A stretch of 64,000 nucleotides of DNA, from NCBI GenBank assembly GCA_023485845.1, contig JAMCZE010000004.1, positions 1,358 to 65,357 on the forward strand. The letters run 5' to 3'. How positions within the stretch are numbered: the first letter of the stretch is position 1; each line of letters begins with the position of its first letter. Shown in pieces: positions 55,389-64,000 of this stretch. This stretch comes from Patescibacteria group bacterium. Lineage in GTDB: Bacteria; Patescibacteriota; Microgenomatia; JAMCZE01. The notes under the pieces were generated by a model. That model saw nothing but the letters and a program-made list of their open reading frames with translations, was not told where the DNA came from and ran no database searches. The translations under genes and the position numbers were made by a program.

Positions 55389-58244
55389 ATGTTTAAGCCG
55401 GTTGATCCAAAAGTGAACTTTGCCGAAATGGAGAAGGGGATTTTGGCGTGGTGGGACCAAGCGGGGGTCGTTAATAAATACCTCCATAAAAACGATCAGG
55501 CAAAAAAAAAGTTTTCTTTTCTGGACGGCCCGATCACGGCTAATAATCCGATGGGTGTCCACCATGCCTGGGGCCGGACTTATAAGGACCTTTGGCAGCG
55601 CTACCACAATATGCTCGGAGAGAAAGGCCGCTTCCAAAACGGCTTTGACTGCCAGGGCCTTTGGGTGGAAGTGGAAGTGGAAAAGGAACTTGGCTTTAAA
55701 TCAAAGAAAGACATCGAAACCTACGGAATTGCCAACTTCGTGAACAAATGCAAGGAGCGGGTGATTAAATACTCCGGCATCCAAACAGAACAGAGCAAAC
55801 GGCTGGGCTATTTTATGGACTGGGACCATTCCTATTTCACCATGTCCGAAGAAAATAACTACGCGATTTGGAATTTTCTGAAAGTTTGCGCCGACCGCGG
55901 TTGGATCTACAAAGGACATGAATCCATTCCCTGGTGCCCCCGCTGCGAAACGGCCATTTCTCAGCATGAAATCCTCACCGAGGACTATAAAGAAATTACC
56001 CACGAGTCAATCATTTTGGAATTTCCGATTGTTGGCCATGACCGGGAGTTTCTTTTGGTCTGGACAACCACTCCTTGGACCATTCCCGCGAATATCGCCG
56101 TTGCCGTTGATGAAAAGCAAGATTATAGCCTGGTTAAAGGCGGGGACGGCAATAAATTCTGGTTGGCAAAAAACCTGGTTGATAGCGTTTTCAAAAACAG
56201 TCAGAAAGAGGTTTTAAAGACAGTTAAAGGCAGGGAGCTGGCGGGATTGAAATACACCGGGCCGTTCGACGATTTGGAAGCAGTGGCTAAGGCGGCCAAG
56301 GAAAATGAGACAAAATTCCACATTGTCGTGCCCACTGACGATCAAATAATGCCTATTTCCATGGAGGAAGGAACCGGTTTGGTGCACACAGCAGTCAGTG
56401 CCGGTGAAGAGGATTTTAAATTGGGGAAAAAGCTAGGTTTGCCGATGATTCCGGTGATTGCCGATAATGCCGATTATCTTCCCGGTTTAGGACGGTTTTC
56501 CGGACAAAATGCCAAAAAGAACCCGCGATTGATCCTCGATTATCTTGAAGAACGAGAAAAATCAGGTAAAGATACAGTTTTTTCAATTTTCTCTTACACC
56601 CATCGTTATCCCGCTTGTTGGCGGTGCAAAACGGAGTTGGTTTGGAAGGTGGCCGATGAATGGTATATTGCCATGGACCGGCCTGACAAAAGCGGGAAAA
56701 CACTGCGGGAGCAGCTTAAAACGGTGACAAAAAAAATAAACTGGCGGCCTGCCTTTGGTCTTGATCGGGAATTGGACTGGTTGGAGAATATGCATGATTG
56801 GCTGATTTCCAAGAAGAATCGTTATTGGGGCCTAGCGCTGCCAATTTATGAATGCCTCAAGTGCGGCCATTTTGAAGTGATCAGAAGTAAAGAAGAGCTA
56901 AAAAAGCGGGCCGTCAGCGGTTGGGAAAAATTTGAGGGCAACACTCCCCACCGTCCCTGGATTGATGAAGTGAAAATTAAATGCACCGGATGTGGAGAAG
57001 TTGTTTCCCGGATTTTGGATGTGGGCAATCCCTGGCTGGATGCTGGCATTGTGTCCGTTTCCACCATGCCGCAGGACTGGTTTCCGGCCGATTTTATCAC
57101 CGAGTCTTTCCCGGGCCAGTTTAAAAACTGGTTCTATTCTTTGATTGTGATGGGAATGGTGCTGCGAAAAACTAACCCGTTTAAAACAGTTCTTGGTTTT
57201 GGCACGCTTTTGGGGGAAGATGGCCGGCCGATGCATAAGTCCTGGGGCAACTCCATTGAATTTAACGAAGGGGCGGATAAAATTGGTGTTGATGTGATGC
57301 GCTGGATGTATGCCACCCACCAGCCGGAAGAGAACCTTTTGTTTGGCTACCGGGTGGCCGATGAAACCCGGCGCAAGTTTCATCTGATGCTTTGGAATGT
57401 TTACAACTTTTTCGTTACATATGCTAATTTATCGGGTTGGGATAATAGCTTCAAGAGACCACCTCTCTTGAAGCTGGATGAATGGATTCTGGTCCGATTG
57501 GAGGAAACGATCAATAAAGTGACTAAGTCCCTGGATCAATATGATGCCTATCGCGCCAGCACGGCCATTGCCGCTTTTGTTGAAGATCTATCATTGTGGT
57601 ATGTTCGCCGGAGCCGGGACCGGCTGGGACCGGAATTTTTCAATACCTGCTATCGGGTTTTGGTGACCTTATGCCAACTTCTGGCTCCGTTCACGCCGTT
57701 TATTGCCGAAGAAATGTATAAAAACTTGACCGGGGAGGAGAGTGTGCATCTCACAAAATGGCCACGAGCAGGAAAGCAGGAAAGCAGGAAAGCAGGAAAG
57801 CTAATTGAAGAAATGACACTAGTCAGGAAAGTTTGCGAGATTGGGCACGCCAAGCGCAAAGAAGCGGGGATTAAAGTGAGACAGCCGCTGGCGAAATTTA
57901 CAATTTTCAGCCCGCCTGCCGGACGGGCAGGTTCTCAATTTTCAATGAATGACCAATTGATCCAATTAATCAAGGACGAACTAAATGTTAAAGAAGTTGT
58001 TTGGAAAAAGGGGGAAGAATTAGCGGTGGAGTTGGATACAAAGTTGACGCCGGAGTTGGAGGCGGAAGGAAGAGCCCGGGAAATTGTCCGGCAGATTCAG
58101 GACGCGCGCAAAGAAGCGGGAACGGCGTTGGATCAAAAAATTAGCGTCACTTTGCCTGACTGGCCGGCGGCGTTTACAGACTACATTAAAAAAGAGACAT
58201 TAGCTATCAAACTCACAAAGGGGGACAAGTTTGAAATCGCTTGA
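55389..58244 (+). CDS. ileS: Isoleucyl-tRNA synthetase (type 2-like)
   Basis: FLDGPITANNPMGVHHAWG (HIGH region), GFDCQGLWVEVEVEKELG, WCPRCETAISQHE, MHKSWGNSI (KMSKS-like); 951 aa. Confidence 0.9.
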   Translation: MFKPVDPKVNFAEMEKGILAWWDQAGVVNKYLHKNDQAKKKFSFLDGPITANNPMGVHHAWGRTYKDLWQRYHNMLGEKGRFQNGFDCQGLWVEVEVEKELGFKSKKDIETYGIANFVNKCKERVIKYSGIQTEQSKRLGYFMDWDHSYFTMSEENNYAIWNFLKVCADRGWIYKGHESIPWCPRCETAISQHEILTEDYKEITHESIILEFPIVGHDREFLLVWTTTPWTIPANIAVAVDEKQDYSLVKGGDGNKFWLAKNLVDSVFKNSQKEVLKTVKGRELAGLKYTGPFDDLEAVAKAAKENETKFHIVVPTDDQIMPISMEEGTGLVHTAVSAGEEDFKLGKKLGLPMIPVIADNADYLPGLGRFSGQNAKKNPRLILDYLEEREKSGKDTVFSIFSYTHRYPACWRCKTELVWKVADEWYIAMDRPDKSGKTLREQLKTVTKKINWRPAFGLDRELDWLENMHDWLISKKNRYWGLALPIYECLKCGHFEVIRSKEELKKRAVSGWEKFEGNTPHRPWIDEVKIKCTGCGEVVSRILDVGNPWLDAGIVSVSTMPQDWFPADFITESFPGQFKNWFYSLIVMGMVLRKTNPFKTVLGFGTLLGEDGRPMHKSWGNSIEFNEGADKIGVDVMRWMYATHQPEENLLFGYRVADETRRKFHLMLWNVYNFFVTYANLSGWDNSFKRPPLLKLDEWILVRLEETINKVTKSLDQYDAYRASTAIAAFVEDLSLWYVRRSRDRLGPEFFNTCYRVLVTLCQLLAPFTPFIAEEMYKNLTGEESVHLTKWPRAGKQESRKAGKLIEEMTLVRKVCEIGHAKRKEAGIKVRQPLAKFTIFSPPAGRAGSQFSMNDQLIQLIKDELNVKEVVWKKGEELAVELDTKLTPELEAEGRAREIVRQIQDARKEAGTALDQKISVTLPDWPAAFTDYIKKETLAIKLTKGDKFEIA
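57768..57799. repeat. Tandem octanucleotide repeat (GCAGGAAA)x4 inside ileS (encodes AGKQESRKAGK)
   Basis: gcaggaaagcaggaaagcaggaaagcaggaaa. Confidence 0.85.
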
Positions 58245-59274
58245 CTGGCCGATTTTAGTTCTTACTCTCATCCTTTGCGGTTTTGGCGCGGCGATTATCG
58301 GCAGTGTTGCCCCGGAAGTCCTCTTGCCCCAGATCTTGTTTTATTTGGTCGGCCTGGGCTTGTTTTTTGTCATTTCTAACCTTGATTTTCGCATCTACGC
58401 CAGTTTTGGAAAATTAATCTATATCGCCGCGATCGTTTTGCTTTCAATAACACTCTTTATCGGCCTGGAAACTCGGGGAGCGGTTCGTTGGATCCCTCTG
58501 GGACCGTTTCGGTTGCAGTTTTCCGAGATTCTTAAGCCGTTTCTTATTGTTTCCTTTGCCTCATTTTTGTCATCGGGCAAATCATATTTTAAATCATTAA
58601 TCTGGATTGCGATTCCGCTGGGCCTAATATTTAAGCAACCGGATTTGGGCAGCGCTTTGGTTTACGCCATCGCCTTTGGGGCGATGATTTTGTCCTCGGG
58701 AATAAATCTTATTTATCCCTTGCTTTGCGCCGTGGGCGCGGCCCTGGCGGCCCCGTTGGGCTGGAATTTTCTGGCACAATATCAACGCCAGCGAATCTTA
58801 ACCTTTCTTAACCCCGGGGCTGATCCCTTGGGAGCCAGCTATAACTCCATTCAATCCTTAATTACCGTTGGTTCAGGAATGTTTTTTGGCAAAGGGCTGG
58901 GGCAGGGGACCCAGTCACATTTAAGTTTTTTACCCGAGCGGCACACCGATTTTGTTTTTGCCAGCTTGGCTGAGGAAATGGGTTTTGTCGGAGCCACAAT
59001 TTTGCTTGGGGCCTTTTTTCTTCTCCTTTGGCGAATTTTTAAAATTGCCGGCAGTTGCAAAGACAAAACTGCCCGGTTGGCGGTCCTGGGCATTGGGGCG
59101 ATGCTTCTGGCACAAATTTTTGTCAATGTGGGCATGAATTTGGCCATTTTGCCGGTCACCGGCATCACTTTGCCGCTGGTTTCCTATGGCGGCAGCTCGG
59201 TTCTGGCCACGATGATTTCCTTGGGAATGGTTGCTGGCCTTGCTAAAGACCGTGGTTATGCGGTAGAATCATGA
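58231..59274 (+). CDS. SEDS-family protein, second FtsW/RodA paralog
   Basis: NPGADPLGASYN...SGMFFGKGLGQG...PLVSYGGSS; TTG start overlapping the ileS stop; no in-frame ATG nearby. Confidence 0.8.
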   Translation: MKSLDWPILVLTLILCGFGAAIIGSVAPEVLLPQILFYLVGLGLFFVISNLDFRIYASFGKLIYIAAIVLLSITLFIGLETRGAVRWIPLGPFRLQFSEILKPFLIVSFASFLSSGKSYFKSLIWIAIPLGLIFKQPDLGSALVYAIAFGAMILSSGINLIYPLLCAVGAALAAPLGWNFLAQYQRQRILTFLNPGADPLGASYNSIQSLITVGSGMFFGKGLGQGTQSHLSFLPERHTDFVFASLAEEMGFVGATILLGAFFLLLWRIFKIAGSCKDKTARLAVLGIGAMLLAQIFVNVGMNLAILPVTGITLPLVSYGGSSVLATMISLGMVAGLAKDRGYAVES

Positions 59275-59277
59275 CAT

Positions 59278-59589
59278 ATGGATTTTGCCGTTATTAAAAT
59301 TGCCGGAAAACAGCAGTTGGTCAAAGTCGGGGACGTCATTGCCGTTAATGCCAATCCTGGCGAGGTGGGCAAGTCGGTTGCCATTAAAGACGTGCTTCTA
59401 ATGGCCGGCGATAAGGATATCAAAGTGGGCACTCCCCTGGTGGACGGGGCAAAAGTGACCGGGGAAGTGACATTTGTGGGCAAAGGTGACAAACTCTATA
59501 TTCGCAAGTTCAAAGCTAAGTCCCGCTACCGGCGAACCACCGGATTTCGTCCGCAACTGTCCAAACTAAAAATCGTTTCAATTAGGTGA
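59278..59589 (+). CDS. rplU: 50S ribosomal protein L21
   Basis: MDFAVIKIAGKQQLVKVGD...KFKAKSRYRRTTGFRPQ. Confidence 0.9.
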   Translation: MDFAVIKIAGKQQLVKVGDVIAVNANPGEVGKSVAIKDVLLMAGDKDIKVGTPLVDGAKVTGEVTFVGKGDKLYIRKFKAKSRYRRTTGFRPQLSKLKIVSIR

Positions 59590-60560
59590 AATATAAATTT
59601 ATCTTCGGGAATGCGCCGGAGCTGGCCCAAGCGGAACTGGAAGCTGTCAATCCAAAAGACAGTGACGATCCTCAAAAATCAATTAATCTGCTTGGCGGAA
59701 CGGTTAAGATTGTCCAGATTCTCCCACCGGATATTAAACTCTCGGAAGTGATTACGGGCGACTTTGGGGTTTCTGATTTAACCGGCAAGATCAACATCAC
59801 CAAACTTTGTAAGGATCTTAAAAACGAGACTAAACAGCGCTTTGTCCTGCCAAAACGGGGTGAAAGGCAGCTTTCCAGCGTGGTGGTGGCCAAACAGAAG
59901 CTGACAGAGCTAATAATCGGTGACGGCTGGACCGGCAAAACGGTGGCGGTTCAGGATTTTGAACAATGGAACCGGCGGGATTATGGCCGGCCGGCGGTGG
60001 AAGCTCACATTGGCATGCTGCCGCCAAAAGTGGCCCGGATGATGGTCAACCTCACAAATTCAAAAATCAAAAATCAAAGTGCAAAAGTCACAATTTTGGA
60101 TCCGTTTTGCGGAGTGGGGACAATTTTGTCAGAGGCGATGATGGTTGGTGCTGGAGTGATTGGTTCAGATAAAGACATCAAACAGGTTGAACGGTCAAAA
60201 AATAATCTTGAGTGGTTATCTATAACCTATCAACTAGAACCCAGCCGCTTTCAATTGCATGTGGCTGATGCCCGGAAAGTCAGCAAAGTTCTGCTGGCCG
60301 ACAGCGTTGACGCGATTGTGACGGAGCCGTTTTTGGGACCCGCGAATAACCAGATTTTAGAAAGCCTCTATTATGACAGTTTGCAAGATTGGCTAAAAGT
60401 CCTTCAGCCCGGCGGCCAGGTGGTGATTGCCCTGCCATTTTTCATGGTTGACAAAGAAAAACTTATGGGCTATAGTTTCCTTGGTGGACCATATCCATAT
60501 TTTCGTCCACAAGCAAAGATAAGAAGGTATATATGGCACATACAAAAGCTTCCGGCGTAA
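59586..60560 (+). CDS. Class I SAM-dependent RNA methyltransferase (UPF0020/RlmL-Trm11-like)
   Basis: PPKVARMMVNLT...ILDPFCGVGTILSEA...VTEPFLG; GTG start overlapping the rplU stop. Confidence 0.65.
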   Translation: MKYKFIFGNAPELAQAELEAVNPKDSDDPQKSINLLGGTVKIVQILPPDIKLSEVITGDFGVSDLTGKINITKLCKDLKNETKQRFVLPKRGERQLSSVVVAKQKLTELIIGDGWTGKTVAVQDFEQWNRRDYGRPAVEAHIGMLPPKVARMMVNLTNSKIKNQSAKVTILDPFCGVGTILSEAMMVGAGVIGSDKDIKQVERSKNNLEWLSITYQLEPSRFQLHVADARKVSKVLLADSVDAIVTEPFLGPANNQILESLYYDSLQDWLKVLQPGGQVVIALPFFMVDKEKLMGYSFLGGPYPYFRPQAKIRRYIWHIQKLPA

Positions 60561-60778
60561 CCAAGGGTAACCGAGATTCCATTGCCAAACGGCTTGGGGT
60601 TAAGGTATACGCGGGGCAAAGGGTTTCCCCAGGGGGCATTATTGTGCGCCAGCGGGGAACAAAGTTTAATGCCGGGGTCGGCACCAAGCTGGGAGCGGAC
60701 GACACGCTTTATGCAATGACTGATGGGGTGGTTAATTTTTCCCAAAAGTTGGGCAAGAAATTCATTCATGTCCGATAG
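60533..60778 (+). CDS. rpmA: 50S ribosomal protein L27
   Basis: MAHTKASGVTKGNRDSIAKRLGVKVYAGQRV...IIVRQRGTKFNAG. Confidence 0.9.
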   Translation: MAHTKASGVTKGNRDSIAKRLGVKVYAGQRVSPGGIIVRQRGTKFNAGVGTKLGADDTLYAMTDGVVNFSQKLGKKFIHVR

Positions 60779-61607
60779 CGACCAGATCACCTATCTTGAT
60801 ATTAATAATCTTCAGTCTAATCCGCTGCAGCCGCGGGGACTGATCACGCCCGAATCATTGGTTGATTTGGTTGACTCCATTCGGGAACATGGCATTTTGG
60901 AGCCGCTGGTGGTGGCGGAAACGCCGGCCGGCTATCAACTGATTGCCGGAGAACGGCGCTGGCGGGCCTCAAAAATTGTCGGGCTGACCCAAGTGCCATG
61001 CATTATTAAGAAAACCTCACATCGGGGCATGCTGGAGATGGCCCTGGTGGAAAACGTGCAACGAGTGGACCTTAATCCGCTAGAGCGGGCGCAAGGCTTC
61101 AAGCGGATGATGGACGAGTTCGGACTGGGGACGGCGGAAATTGCCCAGCGAATTGGCAAATCCCAGGCTTATGTGAGTAATTCATTGCGGCTCTTAACTT
61201 TACCCGATGCCCTTAAAGACGCGCTGTTGTCGGGGATCGTCACCGAGGGTCACATCCGAGCGCTGGCGGGGATTGAGGATCCCAACGAAATGGTGGAAGC
61301 CCTGCGCCAGATTCTGCGCGAGGGGGGCAGTGTTCGCCGGGCGGAAGAGTTGTCTCGGGAGTATAAAGCCAAAGCGCCGGATAACGGCAAAGACAAACCA
61401 ATGGTGGCCCGGGTGCACAGCGAGGAAATGGTGGAAATTGAAAAAGAACTTTCCGGCCGGTTGGCGGCCAAAGTGAAGATTACTCAGTCAATGCGGGAAG
61501 CCAGCATTAGACTGGTGGTCAAGGGCGGGCTGGAGAAAACCACCGATTTCATCCGCCGTGTCGACGACATCTTCAAAACCTCCTTCCCCGAATCAGCGAC
61601 TGTTTAA
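60768..61607 (+). CDS. parB: Chromosome partitioning protein ParB (Spo0J)
   Basis: LEPLVVAE...YQLIAGERRWRAS...HTH region; start at MSDSDQITYLDI overlapping the rpmA stop. Confidence 0.85.
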   Translation: MSDSDQITYLDINNLQSNPLQPRGLITPESLVDLVDSIREHGILEPLVVAETPAGYQLIAGERRWRASKIVGLTQVPCIIKKTSHRGMLEMALVENVQRVDLNPLERAQGFKRMMDEFGLGTAEIAQRIGKSQAYVSNSLRLLTLPDALKDALLSGIVTEGHIRALAGIEDPNEMVEALRQILREGGSVRRAEELSREYKAKAPDNGKDKPMVARVHSEEMVEIEKELSGRLAAKVKITQSMREASIRLVVKGGLEKTTDFIRRVDDIFKTSFPESATV

Positions 61608-62152
61608 ATCTTCCCGAACCTATCCAGGGGCCAGTAGCGAAAGAAGACTTTGCCGATGAAGGCATCGGGCGTGACGGGTCCAAAATCCCGGGAATCACTG
61701 GAATGGGGGCGGTTGTCGCCCATCACGAACACGTGTCCCGGTGGGACGGTGATTTCCTGATTTTCTTGCAAATAGGATTCTGGTCCGGTGTAGACAGACG
61801 GATCCAGATAGGCACTCTCGTCTAAGAGTTTGCCGTTAAGATAGACTTTTCCGCCGGAAATTTTGATGGTGTCGCCGGCCAAACCAATAATTCTCTTAAT
61901 AAAATCCACATCCTGGTTCTGGGGAGATTTGAAAACAACGATATCGTCGCGCGCCGGCACGCCAAAGCGGTAGGAAATTTTGTCGGTTAGAATATATTCC
62001 CCATCATGAAAAGTGGGCTCCATCGAATGGCCTTTAACCTGGTTTGGCTGGAAAAGGAAGAGGTAGACAACAACAAAAATCGCCAGCGCGAAAACGATGG
62101 CTTCAATAAATTCCCAGAAAACCCCAAAAACGTTCTTAAGTGTCTCCAACAC
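61604..62152 (-). CDS. lepB: Signal peptidase I (LepB)
   Basis: GHSMEPT (Ser box), GDNRPHSSDSRDFG; N-terminal TM; GTG start. Confidence 0.85.
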   Translation of the reverse strand: MLETLKNVFGVFWEFIEAIVFALAIFVVVYLFLFQPNQVKGHSMEPTFHDGEYILTDKISYRFGVPARDDIVVFKSPQNQDVDFIKRIIGLAGDTIKISGGKVYLNGKLLDESAYLDPSVYTGPESYLQENQEITVPPGHVFVMGDNRPHSSDSRDFGPVTPDAFIGKVFFRYWPLDRFGKI

Positions 62153-62195
62153 AACAATTAGTTTAAGAGTAAATTAGATTGTCCGCAATAGGGAG

Positions 62196-62390
62196 TTATG
62201 CTGTTTTCTCCTTTTCCCACACAAAGATAGTGGCCCCAGTATTGCTAAGAGATTTTGAGACTTGTAATAAAAATTCTTCTAAGCCTTCGGCACTTAATGG
62301 ATCCATTTTCTCATAAGCCTCCTTAAGGCCTGCAGTTTTATTAATGTCCACGGTATGTATTTCTGGATGTTCGATATATCCTTGGGTCAT
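62196..62390 (-). CDS. Small hypothetical ORF (64 aa)
   Basis: Only ORF filling the gap between lepB and the tRNA-like element; no motifs. Confidence 0.2.
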   Translation of the reverse strand: MTQGYIEHPEIHTVDINKTAGLKEAYEKMDPLSAEGLEEFLLQVSKSLSNTGATIFVWEKEKTA

Positions 62391-62412
62391 ATTTTTATCT
62401 TCTATAGTTTCT

Positions 62413-62487
62413 TGGTGGACTCGGAAGGTGCCGCCCCTTCTGCCTCTCGAATGTGAATCGAGCGTTCTGCTGGTGAACTACGAGTCC
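62413..62487 (-). tRNA. tRNA-like cloverleaf, anticodon CAC (Val) if functional; non-canonical D- and T-loops
   Basis: Minus-strand read: GGACUCG-UA-GUUC-ACCAGCA-GAAC-G-CUCGA-UUCACAU-UCGAG-AGGCA-GAAGG-GGCGGCA-CCUUC-CGAGUCC-A-CCA. All four stems pair perfectly (7/4/5/5 bp); U8, U33, A37, discriminator and encoded CCA are present. The D-loop lacks GG and the T-loop lacks TUC. Confidence 0.45.
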
Positions 62488-62502
62488 GACTGCCATATTA
62501 TA

Positions 62503-63507
62503 TCAAGTTACTGACTCAATGACTCCTAGAACCTCTTTAGCGAATTTTTCCCAGGAGAAAAGTTTGGCGCGGGAGAGAGAGCGAGAACGCAGGCGAATGG
62601 TAAGTTTGGGATCAAGCATCTTTTCCATGGCGACAGCGATTTCGTTAACGTTCAAGGGATTAACGAGAAGACCGGCGTCACCGACCACTTCCGGTTCTGC
62701 CCCGTTTTTCCCCGCCACTGCGGGGCAACCGCAGGTCATCGCCTCAACTAAGGTTAATCCGAAGCCTTCAAATAATGAGGGCGAAACAAAGGCAGCGGCG
62801 TGGCTATAAAGGGCCGGCAGGTCTGTGTCGGAAACAAACCCCAGATTGATAACATCGGGGGTTTTTTTGATAGCCCGATCCGGCCAAAAGTCACTGCCGG
62901 CCAGGACTAATTTATAGCTAGGATGGCGTCGGTGAAACTTTTTGAAGGCGGCGATTATCCGGGGGACATTTTTGGTTTTTTTGAGGGAACCAATAAAAAG
63001 AAAATACTGGCCGGCAGTAATGCGTCGGCGGACTGGCTTAAAGATTGGATCCACTCCCTCATAGGCCACGGTGATTTTCTCCGGCGGTACCTGATAGATT
63101 TTAGTTAGCTGATTCTTAGTAAAAGTCGAAACCGCGATAATTTTTGTAGCCTTTGCGGCCGCTTGGCGGCTGATGCTTTGAATTCGTTGGGGATTAACAT
63201 AGTGCTGCGGGTATGTTTCAAACCCAAGATCATGAAAGATAACCACCGATGGACAAGGACAAAACACCGGCAAAGCTTGGCTAATACCTAAAAAAACATC
63301 CGGTCGGCGCCAAAGAAGGCTTAGGGGTAGTTCAAGATAGCGCCAAGCAAAAGACGGCCGGTCGTAAAGTCGGTACGTGTTTTTGCGGTCTAGCTGCTGC
63401 AACTGTCCCAGCAAATTTTTAGCCACACGATAGACGCCGACTTTTAATCGGTCGTCGGAAACGTTCAGGGGAGCAGCGTCAACGGCGATAGTCTTTGATT
63501 GCGTCAT
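62503..63507 (-). CDS. GT4 glycosyltransferase
   Basis: FEGFGLTLVEAMTCGCPAVAGKNGAEPEV. The track ORF starts at TTG 63516; the first ATG is at 63507. Confidence 0.8.
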   Translation of the reverse strand: MTQSKTIAVDAAPLNVSDDRLKVGVYRVAKNLLGQLQQLDRKNTYRLYDRPSFAWRYLELPLSLLWRRPDVFLGISQALPVFCPCPSVVIFHDLGFETYPQHYVNPQRIQSISRQAAAKATKIIAVSTFTKNQLTKIYQVPPEKITVAYEGVDPIFKPVRRRITAGQYFLFIGSLKKTKNVPRIIAAFKKFHRRHPSYKLVLAGSDFWPDRAIKKTPDVINLGFVSDTDLPALYSHAAAFVSPSLFEGFGLTLVEAMTCGCPAVAGKNGAEPEVVGDAGLLVNPLNVNEIAVAMEKMLDPKLTIRLRSRSLSRAKLFSWEKFAKEVLGVIESVT

Positions 63508-64000
63508 AAATACCAATAAATGGCATGGTCATCGATCGGCGGCTGACTTCCCGGCCGAAGCCAAACATGCACCGGGCAAACCACTGCCAGTGGACCAGCC
63601 AAAACACCGGCAGCCAAAACCAATTTAAATGCTTAAGGGCGAAATACATTTCATTATGGAAAAAATCATGCTGCCACTGCATCCGGTTGTCTTTTCTGGC
63701 TCCGCCGGTGGCGGCCCGGACATGGATGATTTTTGCTTTAGGGTCAAAGATAATCTTGCCGCCGGCGGTAACCAACCGGCGCGCCATATCCGTTTCTTCC
63801 CGAAGGCCATTGCCGATGTAGTGCTCATCAAAACCACCGATTGCCAACAAAGCCTGCTTTCGCACCGACATGTTGCAGCCGATCAGGTTTTTAATTTCCT
63901 GACGAATTTTTGAATCATAGCCTCCGGCCACGGTTCCCCAAGGAGTGATTTTGCCCACCGTTCGGCAATTTAACGCCGGCTTTTGCCCGGGAGTGATCAC
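63479..64000 (-). CDS. GT2 family glycosyltransferase, C-terminal part (N-terminus beyond window)
   Basis: GGFDEHYIGNGLREETDMARRL...IIHV are GT2 C-terminal motifs; runs off the window edge. Confidence 0.65.
   Translation of the reverse strand: MITPGQKPALNCRTVGKITPWGTVAGGYDSKIRQEIKNLIGCNMSVRKQALLAIGGFDEHYIGNGLREETDMARRLVTAGGKIIFDPKAKIIHVRAATGGARKDNRMQWQHDFFHNEMYFALKHLNWFWLPVFWLVHWQWFARCMFGFGREVSRRSMTMPFIGIYDAIKDYRR

Noticed and set aside
62413-62487. Reading the cloverleaf region as a + strand tRNA
   Set aside because: On the + strand the arm order is reversed (a T-arm-like hairpin right after the 5' acceptor strand, with a 2-nt spacer before the 3' acceptor strand). The 3' tail is not CCA. 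Only the minus strand gives tRNA geometry with an encoded CCA.
1-64000. CRISPR arrays, rRNA genes, transposases or integrases
   Set aside because: No spaced direct repeats of 25-40 nt, no rRNA-like conserved stretches, and no DDE or tyrosine-recombinase motifs were found in any frame. The only repeats are 7-8 nt microsatellite-like tracts.

Overview
This window is a gene-dense stretch of bacterial chromosome, mostly on the + strand, with frequent 1-40 nt start/stop overlaps between genes. It is probably from a CPR/Patescibacteria-like genome. That is an inference from the archaeal-type class II GlyRS, the short Mur ligase and RecO, the weak Shine-Dalgarno usage, and a very large family of polytopic GT-C-like membrane proteins. 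The window falls into four blocks.

- **Block 1 (0.8-32.4 kb):** a very large cell-envelope glycosylation locus. It holds about 10 paralogous polytopic membrane (ArnT/PMT-like, DUF2142/DUF2079-like) putative glycosyltransferases, 9 GT4 and 4 GT2 glycosyltransferases, a Wzx-type flippase, a hexapeptide acetyltransferase, a small PglC/WbaP-type phosphoglycosyl transferase and a DUF4012 protein. Three AT-richer insertions sit inside it: a DUF3800-like gene, a NYN-domain gene and one hypothetical gene.
- **Block 2 (32.4-38.7 kb):** recO, then an AT-richer island of five hypothetical ORFs on both strands. These have near-consensus sigma70 promoters. A second NYN gene, glyS and two hypotheticals follow.
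- **Block 3 (38.7-55.1 kb):** the dcw cell-division/peptidoglycan cluster: mraZ-rsmH-ftsL-ftsI-murE-like-murD-murC-murB(-)-murA-mraY-ftsW-murG-ftsA-ftsZ. It is interrupted by a minus-strand hypothetical ORF and by a hicB-hicA toxin-antitoxin pair that has its own promoter. There is no murF.
- **Block 4 (55.1-64 kb):** ileS, a second SEDS paralog, rplU-RNA methyltransferase-rpmA, parB, lepB(-), a tRNA-like cloverleaf (-) with non-canonical loops, and further GT4/GT2 genes (-).

There is a partial GalE-like epimerase (-) at the 5' edge. No rRNA, CRISPR array, transposase or integrase was recognised. Short 7-8 nt tandem repeats occur inside several coding genes.
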